Shown in pieces: positions 31,151 through 44,500 of a stretch of 64,000 nucleotides of DNA; the stretch's first letter is position 1, and the number at the start of each line of letters is the position of its first letter. Source of the DNA: a virus; IMG/VR virus record IMGVR_UViG_3300002835_000068, positions 1-64,000 of that record. The stretch is one strand, 5' to 3'. The translations under genes were made by a program, and so were the position numbers. A model generated the notes under the pieces. That model worked only from the letters and a program-made list of their open reading frames with translations. It was not told the origin of the DNA and made no database searches.

Positions 31151-32071
31151 ATGGAGATATTGAGAGTTCCGCCATACGATGACATTGTTGTAAATTTTGT
31201 AGTACCTTCAGGGTACGAAGATGCAGATATTTACGCAAGAGTAACAGATATGGCGGACCTTTCAGTCCAGGTTTTAGAATTTTTAGGATGGTCAACAGGA
31301 GACAATATAAACATATATCTTCCTGGAAGGTATGATAATAATTACAGAGTAGAGATTTATAAAATTAGCGAGGGTGAAGAATTAATTCACGAAGAATACT
31401 ATGAACTAATCAGGCCATACGTAGACCCAAATACATTAGGAACAACTGCATCAGAAATTGCAGAATATAAAATTTTAGAATTAGTAGCAAGGTCAATGAT
31501 AGACACATTTGTGCCAGAAGGCTTTTATAACAAAAAGATAACAATAGTTGGAACTGGCAATGGGTCAGACTACTTCTCTTTGTGGGAAAAAGTTTATAGA
31601 GTATTCAAGGTTTATGAGAACAATGTTTTAGTTTACGATAGATCAACTCCAGATTTGAGTGAGTATCAGTATGCAATAACACCAGACAAGACCGCTATAC
31701 AGAGAGTTCGTGCAGATGTTCTTGAGTTAAACAGGTATGAATCAACAGCGCAAAACCTACCAGTGGCAAGCGGAGATCTTGGTTACTACGGATACGAAGG
31801 AATATCTTTCCCATCAGGATATGACTATACATTCGTTGTAGATCATGGATATTTAAACGTTCCTGAAGATGTAGAGTATGCAGCGAAGTTATTAATTGAA
31901 GACCTTAAGTGTGGAAAATTAGATTACTACAAGAGATATATAACAGCATACAATACAGATCAATTTAGAATTCAATTTGACAAGGCAATGCTTGGCGGTA
32001 CTGGTAACTTCTTAGTTGATAAGATACTTGACAAATATGTTAAGACCATTGTCAAGCCAGGGATAATTTAA
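31151..32071 (+). CDS. Head-tail adaptor-like protein
   Basis: GYLNVPEDVEYAAKLL and VDKILDKY connector motifs; synteny. Confidence 0.65.
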   Translation: MEILRVPPYDDIVVNFVVPSGYEDADIYARVTDMADLSVQVLEFLGWSTGDNINIYLPGRYDNNYRVEIYKISEGEELIHEEYYELIRPYVDPNTLGTTASEIAEYKILELVARSMIDTFVPEGFYNKKITIVGTGNGSDYFSLWEKVYRVFKVYENNVLVYDRSTPDLSEYQYAITPDKTAIQRVRADVLELNRYESTAQNLPVASGDLGYYGYEGISFPSGYDYTFVVDHGYLNVPEDVEYAAKLLIEDLKCGKLDYYKRYITAYNTDQFRIQFDKAMLGGTGNFLVDKILDKYVKTIVKPGII

Positions 32072-32517
32072 TGATATGCGAAGAGCCAGACTTTACGTTT
32101 CCGATGCTTGCAGATGTTTACCATCCTGTAGTTGAGCAAGGAGTTTATGGAAACGTACAAAAGACATGGATATTGGATAGAACAATTGCATGTTCTTTTT
32201 CATCAGCAGGAGGAGCATTTAAAGAAGAGTTAACTCCAAACGTAAATATTACAGAAGAAAAACTTTTAATTGGCAGAGTAAAGACCGACATAAGAATGTC
32301 CAGCCTTGAAGCCAAAAACTCAATTACAAATGTTATAGTTACAAACATTAGAGATAAAAACTGTAACGATATTTACACAGAAACATCTGGCCCAAGAGCA
32401 GGCAAGTCCACAATCTTTGAAATTGCAACACAAGATCCATTTGTAGGACCTTTTGGTGGAGTTGAATACTACAAACTAATTATTAGAAGATCAGAGAATC
32501 AGGCGGTGGATGTATGA
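32071..32517 (+). CDS. Head closure/stopper-like protein
   Basis: Synteny; YGNVQKTW. Confidence 0.55.
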   Translation: MICEEPDFTFPMLADVYHPVVEQGVYGNVQKTWILDRTIACSFSSAGGAFKEELTPNVNITEEKLLIGRVKTDIRMSSLEAKNSITNVIVTNIRDKNCNDIYTETSGPRAGKSTIFEIATQDPFVGPFGGVEYYKLIIRRSENQAVDV

Positions 32518-33188
32518 TAGCCGTTAGATTTGACAACAAAGCATTTAAAAAAGAAATGAAGAACATTATTGACTACTCTGTTGGCTTTACTGAAGGAGTC
32601 CAAAAAGGTAAGACTGAGTTTTTAAAGTCACTTGGAACTGAAGTTTCTGAAATTGCTTCTCAATTTATAGACTCCAACGCAAGAGTGTCTCCAGAAACTT
32701 TGCACCATGTTTATGAGTGGTATAAAAATGGTAGCCCAGATGCCAGACTGTTTGACATAAACTATACTGTTAGCAACATTGGTCTTTCATTTATATCATC
32801 ATTTAAACAGTCAAGCACAATTAAGCAGGGATCAAAAGAGCCGTTTCGTAATAAAGCATCAATAATGGAAGATGGAACAACCGTAGTTATAAAACCACGC
32901 AACTCTGAGGTTTTGAGATTTGAAGTAAATGGAGAAGTAGTCTACACCAGAAAGAAGGTTGTTGTTGATAACCCAGGAGGAACTACACAGGGAGAATTCG
33001 AAAAAGCCTTTGATATGTTTTTTGGTAGATACTTTACTCAAGCATTTTTAAATAGTGGTAATCTTAAGCAGTACTTCGAGAACCCAATATCGTATAAGAA
33101 AAATTTAGGAAGGGGAAAGCGTGGCGGAAAGTCTGTTGGTTTATCTACAGGATATCGATGGGTCGCTAACGCAACGGTGGCATCATAA
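32514..33188 (+). CDS. Neck/tail-completion protein
   Basis: Synteny in head-tail module. Confidence 0.5.
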   Translation: MIAVRFDNKAFKKEMKNIIDYSVGFTEGVQKGKTEFLKSLGTEVSEIASQFIDSNARVSPETLHHVYEWYKNGSPDARLFDINYTVSNIGLSFISSFKQSSTIKQGSKEPFRNKASIMEDGTTVVIKPRNSEVLRFEVNGEVVYTRKKVVVDNPGGTTQGEFEKAFDMFFGRYFTQAFLNSGNLKQYFENPISYKKNLGRGKRGGKSVGLSTGYRWVANATVAS

Positions 33189-33739
33189 TGACAGACTCAC
33201 TATCACCAATGAACACTCCTATATTATGGATTAATACATACTTACAAGAAAAACTTGCAGACTTTCTACCTCAACCTGGAAGTCAAAATGAACTAATTCC
33301 ATTTTTTCCAACAGGCCCATCAACAATAGAAGCATTACAGACATCATTTCCCGAAGGTGGAGCAATGGCTGTATATGACAGAATGTTTAGAATGCGCCGT
33401 GGAGCATTTCCACATATTAAATGCGAGCAAGTTTTGTACTATTTTTATGCTCAGGCAGACAATCCAATAGTTAGAATGATTCAAATACAAGAAGCAGTTT
33501 TAAGGCTTATGGATCGTGGTGATGAGACTGCCGAAGATATAAATACTTGGGCTAGAAATCACGCCCCAATAGGTGGCATGACCTGTAAATTCTACTTCCA
33601 CAACTTTAGGATTTACCAATTAGAAGAGGCAAGGGACATAGTTGACTTTGGAACAGCCAGAACCTATGCGGGTAACAAAATAATCATCGACTACGACTAC
33701 CACCAGATGCAAGACATAATTGACTCAGTAAACCCCTAA
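33188..33739 (+). CDS. Tail terminator-like protein
   Basis: Directly upstream of major tail gene. Confidence 0.5.
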   Translation: MTDSLSPMNTPILWINTYLQEKLADFLPQPGSQNELIPFFPTGPSTIEALQTSFPEGGAMAVYDRMFRMRRGAFPHIKCEQVLYYFYAQADNPIVRMIQIQEAVLRLMDRGDETAEDINTWARNHAPIGGMTCKFYFHNFRIYQLEEARDIVDFGTARTYAGNKIIIDYDYHQMQDIIDSVNP

Positions 33740-33809
33740 AAAGGGATGCTATAATTAAGGTGAGGAAACAAGCCCTTTTAATCCAAAAGAAAAAAAAGAG
33801 GTGAAAAAT

Positions 33810-34448
33810 ATGGCATATACACGTGGTAGCAGCAACGATATTATCGTTGGAGCAGCAGCCCTCTTCACACATGAAGCAGGCGTACTCACAGACGCAGACC
33901 TTCCAGCATACGAAGCAGCGACATCATTTAAGGATTCCCTTTCTGATGACGACGCATTCCGTAACGTTGGATACACAATGAATGGTTTGGAAATTCAATT
34001 CCAGCCAGATTTCGGTGAAGTTGCAGTAGACCAGGTACTTGACGTTGCTAAGTTATTTAAGCAAGGCATGCAGGTTAACCTAAATACTACATTTGCAGAA
34101 GCAACACTAGAGAATCTTCTATTTGCATTAGCAGGTAAGGACGACGATCTAGGAGCATACAACACTGCAGGAGCAGGATCATCAGCACTCAACCTTTCAG
34201 CAGGAGACATCGGAGAATGTCCAGTTGAGCGTGGTTTGGTTGCAGTAGGTCCAGGTACAGGAGACTGTGCAGCAGGATCTTCAATCGAAAGAATCTATGT
34301 AGCATACCGTGCACTTTCAATCGAAAGCGTTTCAGTATCTGCAAAGAGAGACGAAGCGACAATGTTCGAAGTATCATTCCGTCTTCTTCCAAACGATAAT
34401 GCATCATACGGTAAGATCGTAGATCGCACTATCCCAGCAGGCGCATAA
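33810..34448 (+). CDS. Major tail tube protein
   Basis: IIVGAA, VGYTMNGL, VDQ, FAEATLENL; GAGGTG SD sets start 33810. Confidence 0.85.
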   Translation: MAYTRGSSNDIIVGAAALFTHEAGVLTDADLPAYEAATSFKDSLSDDDAFRNVGYTMNGLEIQFQPDFGEVAVDQVLDVAKLFKQGMQVNLNTTFAEATLENLLFALAGKDDDLGAYNTAGAGSSALNLSAGDIGECPVERGLVAVGPGTGDCAAGSSIERIYVAYRALSIESVSVSAKRDEATMFEVSFRLLPNDNASYGKIVDRTIPAGA

Positions 34449-34463
34449 TACAACTTAATATAT

Positions 34464-34495
34464 GAGAGGCTCAATCCTTCGGGGTTGGGCCTTTC
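34464..34495 (+). terminator. Terminator hairpin with UUCG loop
   Basis: GAGAGGCTCAATCC-TTCG-GGGTTGGGCCTTTC then TGTTT. Confidence 0.85.
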
Positions 34496-34514
34496 TGTTT
34501 GGTATACTTGTATG

Positions 34515-35198
34515 ATGGCAACAACTGTTTATAATACAAAAAATATTATCCTACAAGATGGTGTAGAGATAGAGTTAGCCCCATTAAAAATAAAATATCT
34601 TAGACAGTTAATGGATATCTTTGATGAGGTAAGAAACTCCAGAGGAGACCTTGAAGCAATAATTGCATTATCAAAATGTGCAAGAATATGTATGAAACAG
34701 TTTAGACCAGAAATCACACAGACTCAAGAAATGCTAGAAGAGTATGTTGACTTACAAAATATATATGACATACTGGATATAACTGCTGGGATTAAGATTA
34801 ATGAACAATCTGAGGAGCCAATAAAAAAACAAGCCGTAGATAGCGGATCTTCCTGGGATGAACTAGATTTAGCAAAATTAGAGTCTGAGGTGTTTTTGTT
34901 GGGCATATGGAAAGATTATGACGAACTTGAAAGATCTTTGTCCATGCCAGAATTAATGATAACACTGTCTATAGGCAGAGAATTAAACTACGATGAAAAA
35001 AAGTTCCTTGCAGCAATGCAGGGGGTTGACCTAGATAAAAATGCTCAAAAGAGTAATGCTTGGGAAGAAATGAAAGCCAGAGTATTTAGTGGTGGTCAAG
35101 CAGCCAACTCAAAAGACATTGTTGCGCTTCAAGGAGTCAATGCACAAAGGGCTGGATTTGGCATAGGCCTAGGTCTAAATTATGAAAAAATAGAGTAA
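34515..35198 (+). CDS. Tail assembly chaperone, long (GT-like) form
   Basis: Between tail tube and tape measure; N-half paralogous to 35248-35571; leaderless after TGGTATACT. Confidence 0.7.
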   Translation: MATTVYNTKNIILQDGVEIELAPLKIKYLRQLMDIFDEVRNSRGDLEAIIALSKCARICMKQFRPEITQTQEMLEEYVDLQNIYDILDITAGIKINEQSEEPIKKQAVDSGSSWDELDLAKLESEVFLLGIWKDYDELERSLSMPELMITLSIGRELNYDEKKFLAAMQGVDLDKNAQKSNAWEEMKARVFSGGQAANSKDIVALQGVNAQRAGFGIGLGLNYEKIE

Positions 35199-35247
35199 AA
35201 AACAAGCCTGTTTATGGTATAATTAAACAACTACAATGGAGGATAAT

Positions 35248-35571
35248 ATGAGTACAGATGTTAAAGATAAGAACGAACTTTCTCTTATCGACGGTACAAA
35301 GTTTGAAGCAAGACCACTTAAGATCTCTTTGCTTAAGCCATTTATGAAGAATTTTTCAGGTCTTCAGGATGTGGCAGATGATAACGACAAGTCAATGGAT
35401 GTTTTGCTTGACTGTGTCCAGATTGCATTTAAACAATACTTGCCTGCATTAGCAGACAACAGAGAGGCGATTGAGGAAAATCTAGATCTTCCTACAGTCT
35501 ACAAGATCATTGATGCTGCTTCAGGTATGAACCTTTCTGATGCAACAGGTCTTTTAAACTCAATCAAGTAA
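35248..35571 (+). CDS. Tail assembly chaperone, short (G-like) form
   Basis: DG...PLKI...KQ...DL motif shared with upstream gene; own TGGTATAAT and GGAGG SD. Confidence 0.7.
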   Translation: MSTDVKDKNELSLIDGTKFEARPLKISLLKPFMKNFSGLQDVADDNDKSMDVLLDCVQIAFKQYLPALADNREAIEENLDLPTVYKIIDAASGMNLSDATGLLNSIK

Positions 35572-35584
35572 AGAGGTGTCGTGA

Positions 35585-38500
35585 TTGGCTGACGTAAATG
35601 CAAATATAGGTATTAATTTTGATACCTCCAATGCACTAGCACAATTACGTCAGTTACAGGCGGGACTAAGCCGTTTCAACCAATCCCTAACTCAGGGAAA
35701 TGTTGCTGCAATGAATGCACAAAAGGGACTCAACTCCCAATTAATGCAGGCTATTAATGCAACTGGTAAGTTTGTAGCAACACAAAAAGAAGTAGCGACA
35801 AGCACTTCATCTTTTACTAGTGCACTTGAAAAAAACCAACTCTCAATGCGAGAGTATTTTAGATACACTGTCGCTGCTGCAACAGCCAACACCAAAACAT
35901 TTAAGGGCATGTTTGCCCAAGAGCGTGAGATTATTAACCGTGCTCGTAAAGATAGAGTAAAACTTCTACAGTCACAGTATATCCAGATGCAGGCTGCAAA
36001 TGGAGACATGATCAAGGTTTTGCAGGTCATACCAAAGCACTTACAAATGGCTGGTGGCAAGTATACAGACTATGCAACTCGCATGCAAATGGCTGCACAA
36101 AGACAGCAGTTCCTGAATCAACTATTAAAGCAAGGCTCCACACAACTTTTAAACTTTGGTAAGAATACTCAGTGGGCTGGCCGTCAGTTGATGGTTGGTT
36201 TGACAATACCACTTTCCATTCTTGGCTCTACAGCAGCAAAGACATTCATGGAAATGGAACAGGCTGTTCTTAAGTTTACTAGAGTTTATGGAGACATGAC
36301 AACCTCTGGTGACGCAACAAACAAGGCAGTTGCAGATATTCAAAGACTTGGAAAAGAGTTTACAAAATATGGAATCGCAGTAAAGGATACTATGGAAATG
36401 GCTGCCTCTGCTGCAGCAATGGGTCTTACTGGAGATGCACTAAGTGCTCAGGTAGTTCAGGCAACCAGACTTTCTGTACTTGGTCAGGTAGAACAGCAGC
36501 AGGCTCTTGAGACAACAATATCATTAACAAATGCGTTTGGTCTTGCAACAGAAGAACTAGCAGGCAAGATAAACTTCCTTAACGCAGTAGAAAACCAGAC
36601 TGTTCTATCTATTGAAGATTTAACAATTGCTATTCCAAAGGCTGGACCAGTTGTAAAGCAACTTGGTGGTAACGTTGAAGATCTAGCATTCTTTATGACT
36701 GCTATGAAGGAAGGTGGAATCAACGCATCAGAAGGTGCTAACGCACTTAAGTCTGGTCTTGCATCCATGATTAACCCTTCAAAAAAGTCAGCAGAATTTC
36801 TTGCTGAACTTGGTATAAATATAAAAGGTATAGTCAATAATAATGCTGGAGATTTAAAGGGAACAGTTGTTGGGTTTGCTAGAGCGCTTGACACGTTAGA
36901 TCCACTTAACCGTGCAAGAGCAATCGAACAACTATTTGGAAAGTTCCAGTTTGCTCGTCTGTCAACATTATTCCAAAACGTTACAAAAGATTCTTCTCAA
37001 GCAGCCCGAGCACTTGGTCTTGCTGGGGCATCAGTAGAAGAACTAGCAATTCTATCTGAAAGAGAATTAAAAAGAATTGAAGACTCAACTGGCGCTAAAT
37101 TTAAAAAGGCAATGGAAAACCTTAAAACACAGTTGGTTCCAGTTGGCAAGGCATTCCTAGAAGCAGTAACTCCAATAGTCGCCTTTGCAGGAAAGATTTT
37201 AGAAAAATTTAATGGACTAGGGGATGGAACTAAAAAAGTAATAACAATTATGATTGGTGTAATTGGAGGCCTTGCCCCAGTTGCTTTGATGACATTTGGT
37301 ATTCTTGCTAACGGTGTTGCCAACCTTATAAAATTCTTTGCAATGTTGCGTGGAGGAATTGCAAAACTTAATGGACAAAACAATGTATTGGGTGGTGGTT
37401 TTGATTATTTAACTAATCAACAAATTGAAAACCTTGCAGAAACAAATGCACTTCATACATCTCATAGCCAGTTGATATCTACCTTTAATGTTGAGAAAGC
37501 AGCCGTAGATTCACTTGCAGCAGCATATTCAAATGCATCTAGTCAGGCTAGAGCACTAGCAAGCAACTCCCCAGGACTATTTAATACAGTTCCAGGACCA
37601 GCAGGAGCAGTAGCAGGATTGCCTCCAAAGAAGTTTGCAACAGGTGGAGTTGTTCCAGGATCTGGAAATAGAGATACAGTTCCAGCATTGTTAACTCCTG
37701 GTGAAGTTGTTATTACCAAGCAGACTGCAAAAGAAAACCCAGAACTAGTTGCTGCACTTCAAAATGGTTCTGTAATGAAGTACTCTAAGGGTACTGGCAA
37801 ATCTCCATTTTCATCAGACATAATTGCAAAACTATTTGAGCAACTAGGGCTTAACTCACAAACGGACAGACTAAGAATGCCTGTTGGCGTTTTAGAAAAA
37901 AAGTATTCTGCTGCTGGAAACCTGGCACCAAAAGAAGTAAACCACGGAAAAAATGCTGCTGGAGAAATGGGACAAGATCCAGATTATTTACAAAGTGAAT
38001 TTGGTAGAGACTCTATGGACGAAAACATCAGAGTTCCTTTGGAAAAAGCAGGGGCTTCAGCAGAGAGAGCATCAGAGGTATTAGTAGAACTCGAATCAAC
38101 ACTTGACGAAATGGTTCTTGCTTACGATGGAACCACATCATCATGGCAGACTGCATCAGATAAAGCATTAAAGGCAATAGAAGAAAGAACAGATTTAACT
38201 AATAAAGAAAAAGAAATTATTAGACAGCGCATTGCACCAAAGAAAGCACAAGATTTTATAATTCCAAGTAATCCAGTTGTTGATGTAAAACCAGGTAGAG
38301 ATGGTAAGCCTGGAGAAGCAACAATGAGAGATGAAAGAACAACAGAGGCTTACTATGCTGCAGAACAAAAGAAAAGATTAAAAGCAAAGCATCCAGAACT
38401 TTCAGACGACATAGACAGCATGGAGTTTTCTCATTACCCAGGATCTGAATCAATGTATGGAGGAAGATCAAATGTAGAGTCTCCAGTAGTAAATAGAACA

Positions 38501-41500
38501 ACAGTTGGACCAGATGGAAAAACAAGCAAGGAAAGACTTCCTTTATCCGAAGAACAACTAGCGATTATTGCAAAAAAGAGAGCAGAAGTAGAAGATTATA
38601 GAATTCCAAAGCAAGAAGCAGAGTTAGCATCAATTGCTCCAAAGATTGAAGCCAGTGCAGAAGATAAGGCCAGAGCCGAAGCAGAGGGAGCAAAGGTTGG
38701 CGCAGCAGCAGCAGACGGAGTAAGAGGACCTCAAGGAACTGATGCAGGGTCTCCATCTAAAAAGGGAATAAAGGCTGGTAGAGAAGTTGCTGATGGAATT
38801 GTTCAAGGAATGCAAGAAGGAGAAGCAGCAGTTTCTGCACAGTCTTCTAGACTTGGAAGTTCCGCAGTTCCAACTGCAGCAGAAACGCAAGCAAAAGTTG
38901 ACAAGATGGATCTTGGAAACAAAGCATTTTATGACGATATTGATACTCCAGAGATGCGTGATGAAAGACAAATTCTTAAGTCTCAAGATAGACAAAGAAG
39001 AAAACTTGGTGCTACAGGAACTGTCGGAGGTTCATCATCTGCGTCAACTAGTTCTTCTGCAACTGTTTCATTAACAGGAAGAACTGAAGCAGCAGCCGAA
39101 CAGTTAGCAGTAAGTACGGAGCAAGCAGCCACAGCACAATCACAGGTTGTACAACAGATTAAGGACGAGAGTAGATCAAGAGTTACTGTTAAAGGTAATA
39201 CTATTAATATTGGCAAGGCTCGTGAAGAAGCAGATAGGCTAAGTAATGAAGCATCTAATGCAGAAGCATCAGCAGCAAAACTTAGAACTGAAGCAGCAAA
39301 ATGGGAAGAAGTCGCAGCACGTGAAGATGGTAAGAATATTTACACTGCTGAAAATGCTAGAGCACTAAAAAAGCAGGCAGATGAAGCAGAAATAAAAGCA
39401 GCAGAGTTAAGAATAAAAGCAGCAGAAGCAGATATCCAAGCAACCCAGTTAGAAAATGGTAGTGCAACACCAAACGAAATCGTAGCGAATGGAACTGCAG
39501 AGCAAGGCGATGGCCTAAGAAGAATTGTTGATGATACAGAAACTACAGCAGAATCTTCTGAAGTTGTAGCAGGTCAAACAGAAGAACTTGCAAGCGTAAC
39601 ACAGGATGCTGTTAATGCTCAAACAGAAAATGCAACAAACCTTTCAACTGGCGCACAGATCACAAATGCAACAACTGGAAACCTTAATGATGTCCTTCAA
39701 GCAACAGATCAGACTGGTTTTGCTCAGCAAGACCTTGCAGAATCTTCAACAAATGTTGCTAACATAAATGAGCAAATTGAAGCAGAAAAGCAAAGAGAAC
39801 TTGAAAGACTTAAAAAATACAATGCAGAGCAAGCAGCATTGCAAGCAGCAGAAAATGGAATTGTTCCTCCAGGAAGTCAATCACAAAATGATCTAAACAA
39901 AAATAGAATGGGGTCAGTTGAGGCATACGAAGAGGCATCTAACTATACAAGAGACAAGAATGGTCATATACTTTTTGATCCAGAATTAGATAAAGATGGA
40001 AAGAGACAACCAACAACGCTTACTGAAAGCCAAATAAAGAAAAAGAAGCGTGGAATGCGTAGAGAGAAAGTTGGAAAGTTTTCTGGAAAGGTTTCTGGAG
40101 CAGCAGGTACGGCAGCAATGGTTGCTGGTATGGCAGGAGCCCCACCTGCAGTAACGGCTGGCTTGGGAGCAGTAGCAACAGTAGCACAATTTGCGCCGAT
40201 GATTGCAGGAATGACTGGACCACAAGGTATTGTCGCAGCACTCGCAGCAGTTGCTATTGGAGCATATGCTTTAAATAAAAAACTAGAAGGTACTGCAATA
40301 GCCATTGCAAAGTTTACAAGATCTACAACAGTATCTGCAGACATGTTAAAAAAGATAGGAGAGCAAACTGGTAAGGTAGGCGCTTCTGAATTAATGAATA
40401 AAAGAAGGGGCGAAGGACAACTAAATACTTATGTTGAGGTCAACAGAAAGAGTACTATGGAGTCTGCACAGTTCCTTGAGGGAGAAGCAGGTAAAGCACT
40501 ACAAAATGCATTTGTAGCAAATGCAACAAAGAATGGAACACAGGTTGCAGCAGAACAGTTTGCATTACAGATAGCAGCAGCGATATCTGACGGAACAATA
40601 GCCCCTGAACTTGGACAAGATATTGCAACTCAGATGGGAATTAATCTCAAAGATTCTGTTGCTGGCGTAAGAATTAATTTAGAGTTAAGAAAACTTATTG
40701 GACCAAATGGAGAAGATTTAGCAAAAGATCCTTTAGAGGTAAGAGCAAGAATTGCACAAAGATCAGCATCTTTGTCTGAAGAATTAGTAAGAAAAGTTAA
40801 TTCAAAGGATAGGTCAGAAGTTGGTGGCAACAGCAAACTTTCTATGTTTGGAACTCTTGGACTTATTGGTGCAGCATCTGGATCTGATAAAACAGCAGCA
40901 CTTGCTGTTGCGGGATCTTCAGCAATTGAAACAGCACAGGCACAAGCAGATGCAATGTCTATGTACTATGATGAGCAATTAAAAACATTAAAAAATGAGT
41001 TGGTAGCAACAACCAATAAAGAAAAGCAGTTAGAAATACAAGAAAAGATTGTCGCAATGACAAAGGAGCAAGAGGCTGGAATGGCCAGACTTAACAATCT
41101 TGTTGCTGCACAGATTTCAAGACAAACAAGTTATGCTAGTGATATTATTAATCAAAATAAATCAAAATTATTTACTGGCAATAACTTTTTAAATGACGCA
41201 GCAAGAAGACAAGATGCTTTCTTTGATGCACAGAAAGCAGATGTAAAAGCAAAGTACAAGGGTACAGCACAAGAAGCATCAGCACAAAGAGTCTTGGATC
41301 TGGGTGCTAGAGCAGACGAAGATAAGTCTTTTGCAAATAAAAATGAAGGAAGAACCTTTGAAGCAAAAATAAACTTCCTAATGCAGTCTGGACAAATGCA
41401 GCCAGAACAAATTGAAACAATGATGAAAATTTTTAAGGGCGACCTAAAAAAGATGGACACAGTCTTAGCAGTTGGTATGAGACTACACGGTGGAGCAAAG

Positions 41501-44500
41501 ATGGCAGAACTTGCAGGAATGTTAAGCGGTGTTGACAAGAAAACTGCTAAGAGAATTATGATACAGATGTCTAGAAAGAATCCAGAAGAGTTTGATAGAG
41601 TAGGAAAGGCTATTGCAGTTCTTCAAAGATCAGATGGCCTAGAAGTAGATATGCAGGCAACTATAGATACAATTGGTATGCCTGGACTAGTTGAGTTATC
41701 AAACAAACTAGCAGCACTTGAAGCATTACCAGATCCAATAGAAAAAGAAGCAATTATTAAATTTGGAATAGACAATAATGTAGACATGCAGGGAATTATA
41801 GATAACTGGGATTACTATTCAAAACTAAAACCAGAAGTAAGAAAAGAAGCATTTGAAACATATACAACATTGTTTACTACGGCAACATCATTTAAGACAC
41901 AAGCAGAAAAGGATGCTTGGGTTAAATTGCAGGCTGAAAATGCAGCAATTCTAAAGGGCGATAAGGGGTCGGCAAAATACACAGCAGAATACAACACTGT
42001 AATTAGACTGCTAACACTAGATGCAAATGGAAAGCCACTTCCTCTAAATGACTTTAAAGCAGCAGCAGCGTGGGCTAATAAGGGTGTAGAAGCAATCTTT
42101 GGTTCTGACCCCACTATTGCAAGCAAGCCTGGTGGACCTCTTGATGGCGGAGACAAGGGAAGCAAAAAGAATCCATTAGACTTCCTTGAAGAACTTGCAA
42201 TGAGAATAAAGAATGTTCGTGACGGTGCATTTGATGCAACACAACCACTAAAGTCAATGCTTGCTGCTCTTAATAGTAAGAAGGCTAAAAAGGACATATC
42301 TTCATTAATGGATGTGTTTGATGGCCTGCAACAAAGAATGCTTAAGATGAAGGTTCCAAAAGAATTTAGAGACATGATTATGGGAATGTCTGCAGAAGAC
42401 TTTAAGGCCATAGCAAACTTAAAGAATGAAAAAGCAATCTTTAAATTTAAAAAGGGTAAGCCAAGAACAAAGGCTAACATTGAGGGACTAACAAAAACAG
42501 GCGATGGCCTAATGAGATTTTATAGAGAAGCACAAATTGGAGAGGCTCAACTTGTAAATAAAGAAACTGTGTCAGAAATTGCAGATAAAGAAAAAGCATT
42601 TAGAATGCTTATTGCCAGCGGAGTAAGTGCAACAGATGCGCTAAAGCATGTAGAAGATGCTGCGGTAGCAGCAGCAATTGCAGCAGGAACTCTTGGCAAA
42701 GAAGGCTCACCTGAAAGAAAAGCATACATAGATGATTTAAAGAAGGCTAGTTCTGAATTAGAAAGATTTGCACTTAGACAAAAAATGATTCAGGCAAATG
42801 AAGAGTTCAAACTTTTAGAGCAAATGCCAAAACTTATGACTGCAATGAAGGCTGCAGGAATGTCAGCAGATCAGATGGCAGCAGCACTAGAAGATCCAGC
42901 ACTAGCAAAGCATTTAATTGAAGACCTCAAAGATGGAAAGGTCGACGCTAAAGAAATAGCAGACTTCCTAAACTCTATTGAAGCCAAAAAAATTATTGAT
43001 ATTCAGGTAAAGTATAATGCTGGTAAGTATGGAGAAGCAGCACAGCCTGGAATTGACGCAGCAGAAAGATTATTTGCTGCACTTGAATCTGGGATTAGAA
43101 ACGGCGTTGAAGGATTCTCTTCTCCTCAAAACAAGATAGATGTTGCAACTATTCAAAAGAACAATAAGTTAATTGCAGAAGCAGAACTTAAGGCAGCAGG
43201 ATTTAGACATCAAATAGAATTAATTAATCGTGAAATTCGTGGTATGGAACGAGATATTGAAATGAACTATACACGACCAATCGAAGAGGCTTCAGAAAAA
43301 ATCAGTGATATGGAAAGAGAACTAGAGATGAATCCAATCTTTGGTAATCGTGCTATAGGAAAGTTAAATGATGAAAATACAAAACTTTCTAATGACTTGG
43401 CAATTATGGCAAACCAAGCAGAAAAGATTAATGAGAGATATGACAAGCAGGCAGAAGCGCTACAAAAGGTAGCAGATATTAATGATGGAATTATTGCTCA
43501 GCAGCAAAGCCAGTTAGATCTTGCAGATGCTCTTACTCAGGGAGATATATCAGCAGCAGCAAGGGCTATGCAGGCAAGTCGTGCTGACCAAGCATCAAGA
43601 AATCAAGAAGGAGTGATGGATGCTCTTGAGCAGGCACGTACAAACGAACTAGATGGTTTGCGTGGAGCAGAGAGCGGTTTGAGTCAACTGCAAATTTCTG
43701 AAAGACAGTTTGTTATAAGTCAAGAAATCTATAAGATGGAAAATAATCCAGAAAGACTTAAGATTATGGCAGACATTTTGGCTCTGCAAGATAAAATTTA
43801 TGATTTTGAAGAAGGAAGAGAAGCAGCACTTCTAAAGATTAGAGATAAAGAAGATGCAATCTATAAAATTAATAAAGAACAACTGTGGCCTCTTGAGGAT
43901 AGCATTGCAGATATGCAGCACCAAAATGATTTAGCACAGAGAAGACTTGATATAGATGTATCTAACTTGACTGTTTTAGGAAAATCAAGAGATCAGTTTG
44001 AAAAGATAAAAGCAGAAATTGAACTTAGTGAGGTAGCAGCACAAAATCTTACTGCTGTATTTGGAGGAATGCTTGCAGCCATTGAAGCAATTAGGGCTAA
44101 GTGGGCAGAGGTTATTGCAGCAATCGCAGCAGCACAAAACGCTGCAGCAGCACAGGTTGTAGCAGATGGAATTAAAGCAAATGCAGATGCAGCAGCAGAA
44201 GAAGTAGCAGCAGATGCAGCAGCAGCAGTAGATGGAAGTGCTGGCTCAAAGAGTGATTCTGCAGCAGATGCATATGCAGCAGCATTAGCAAAGGGTCATT
44301 TTGAATCTGCAGCAAAGGCTGCAGCAGGAGTTAGCCCAAGCAAACTAGCATTAGCAGAAAGCGGAGCAATTGGTGCAGCATCTATTGCGTCACAACTTGC
44401 AGCAGCACAAGCAAGACTTTCTGCATCAACTACAACATCAAAGCCTACACCAAAGCCTACACCAAAGCCTACCCCAAAACCTACTCCAACGCCTACACCA

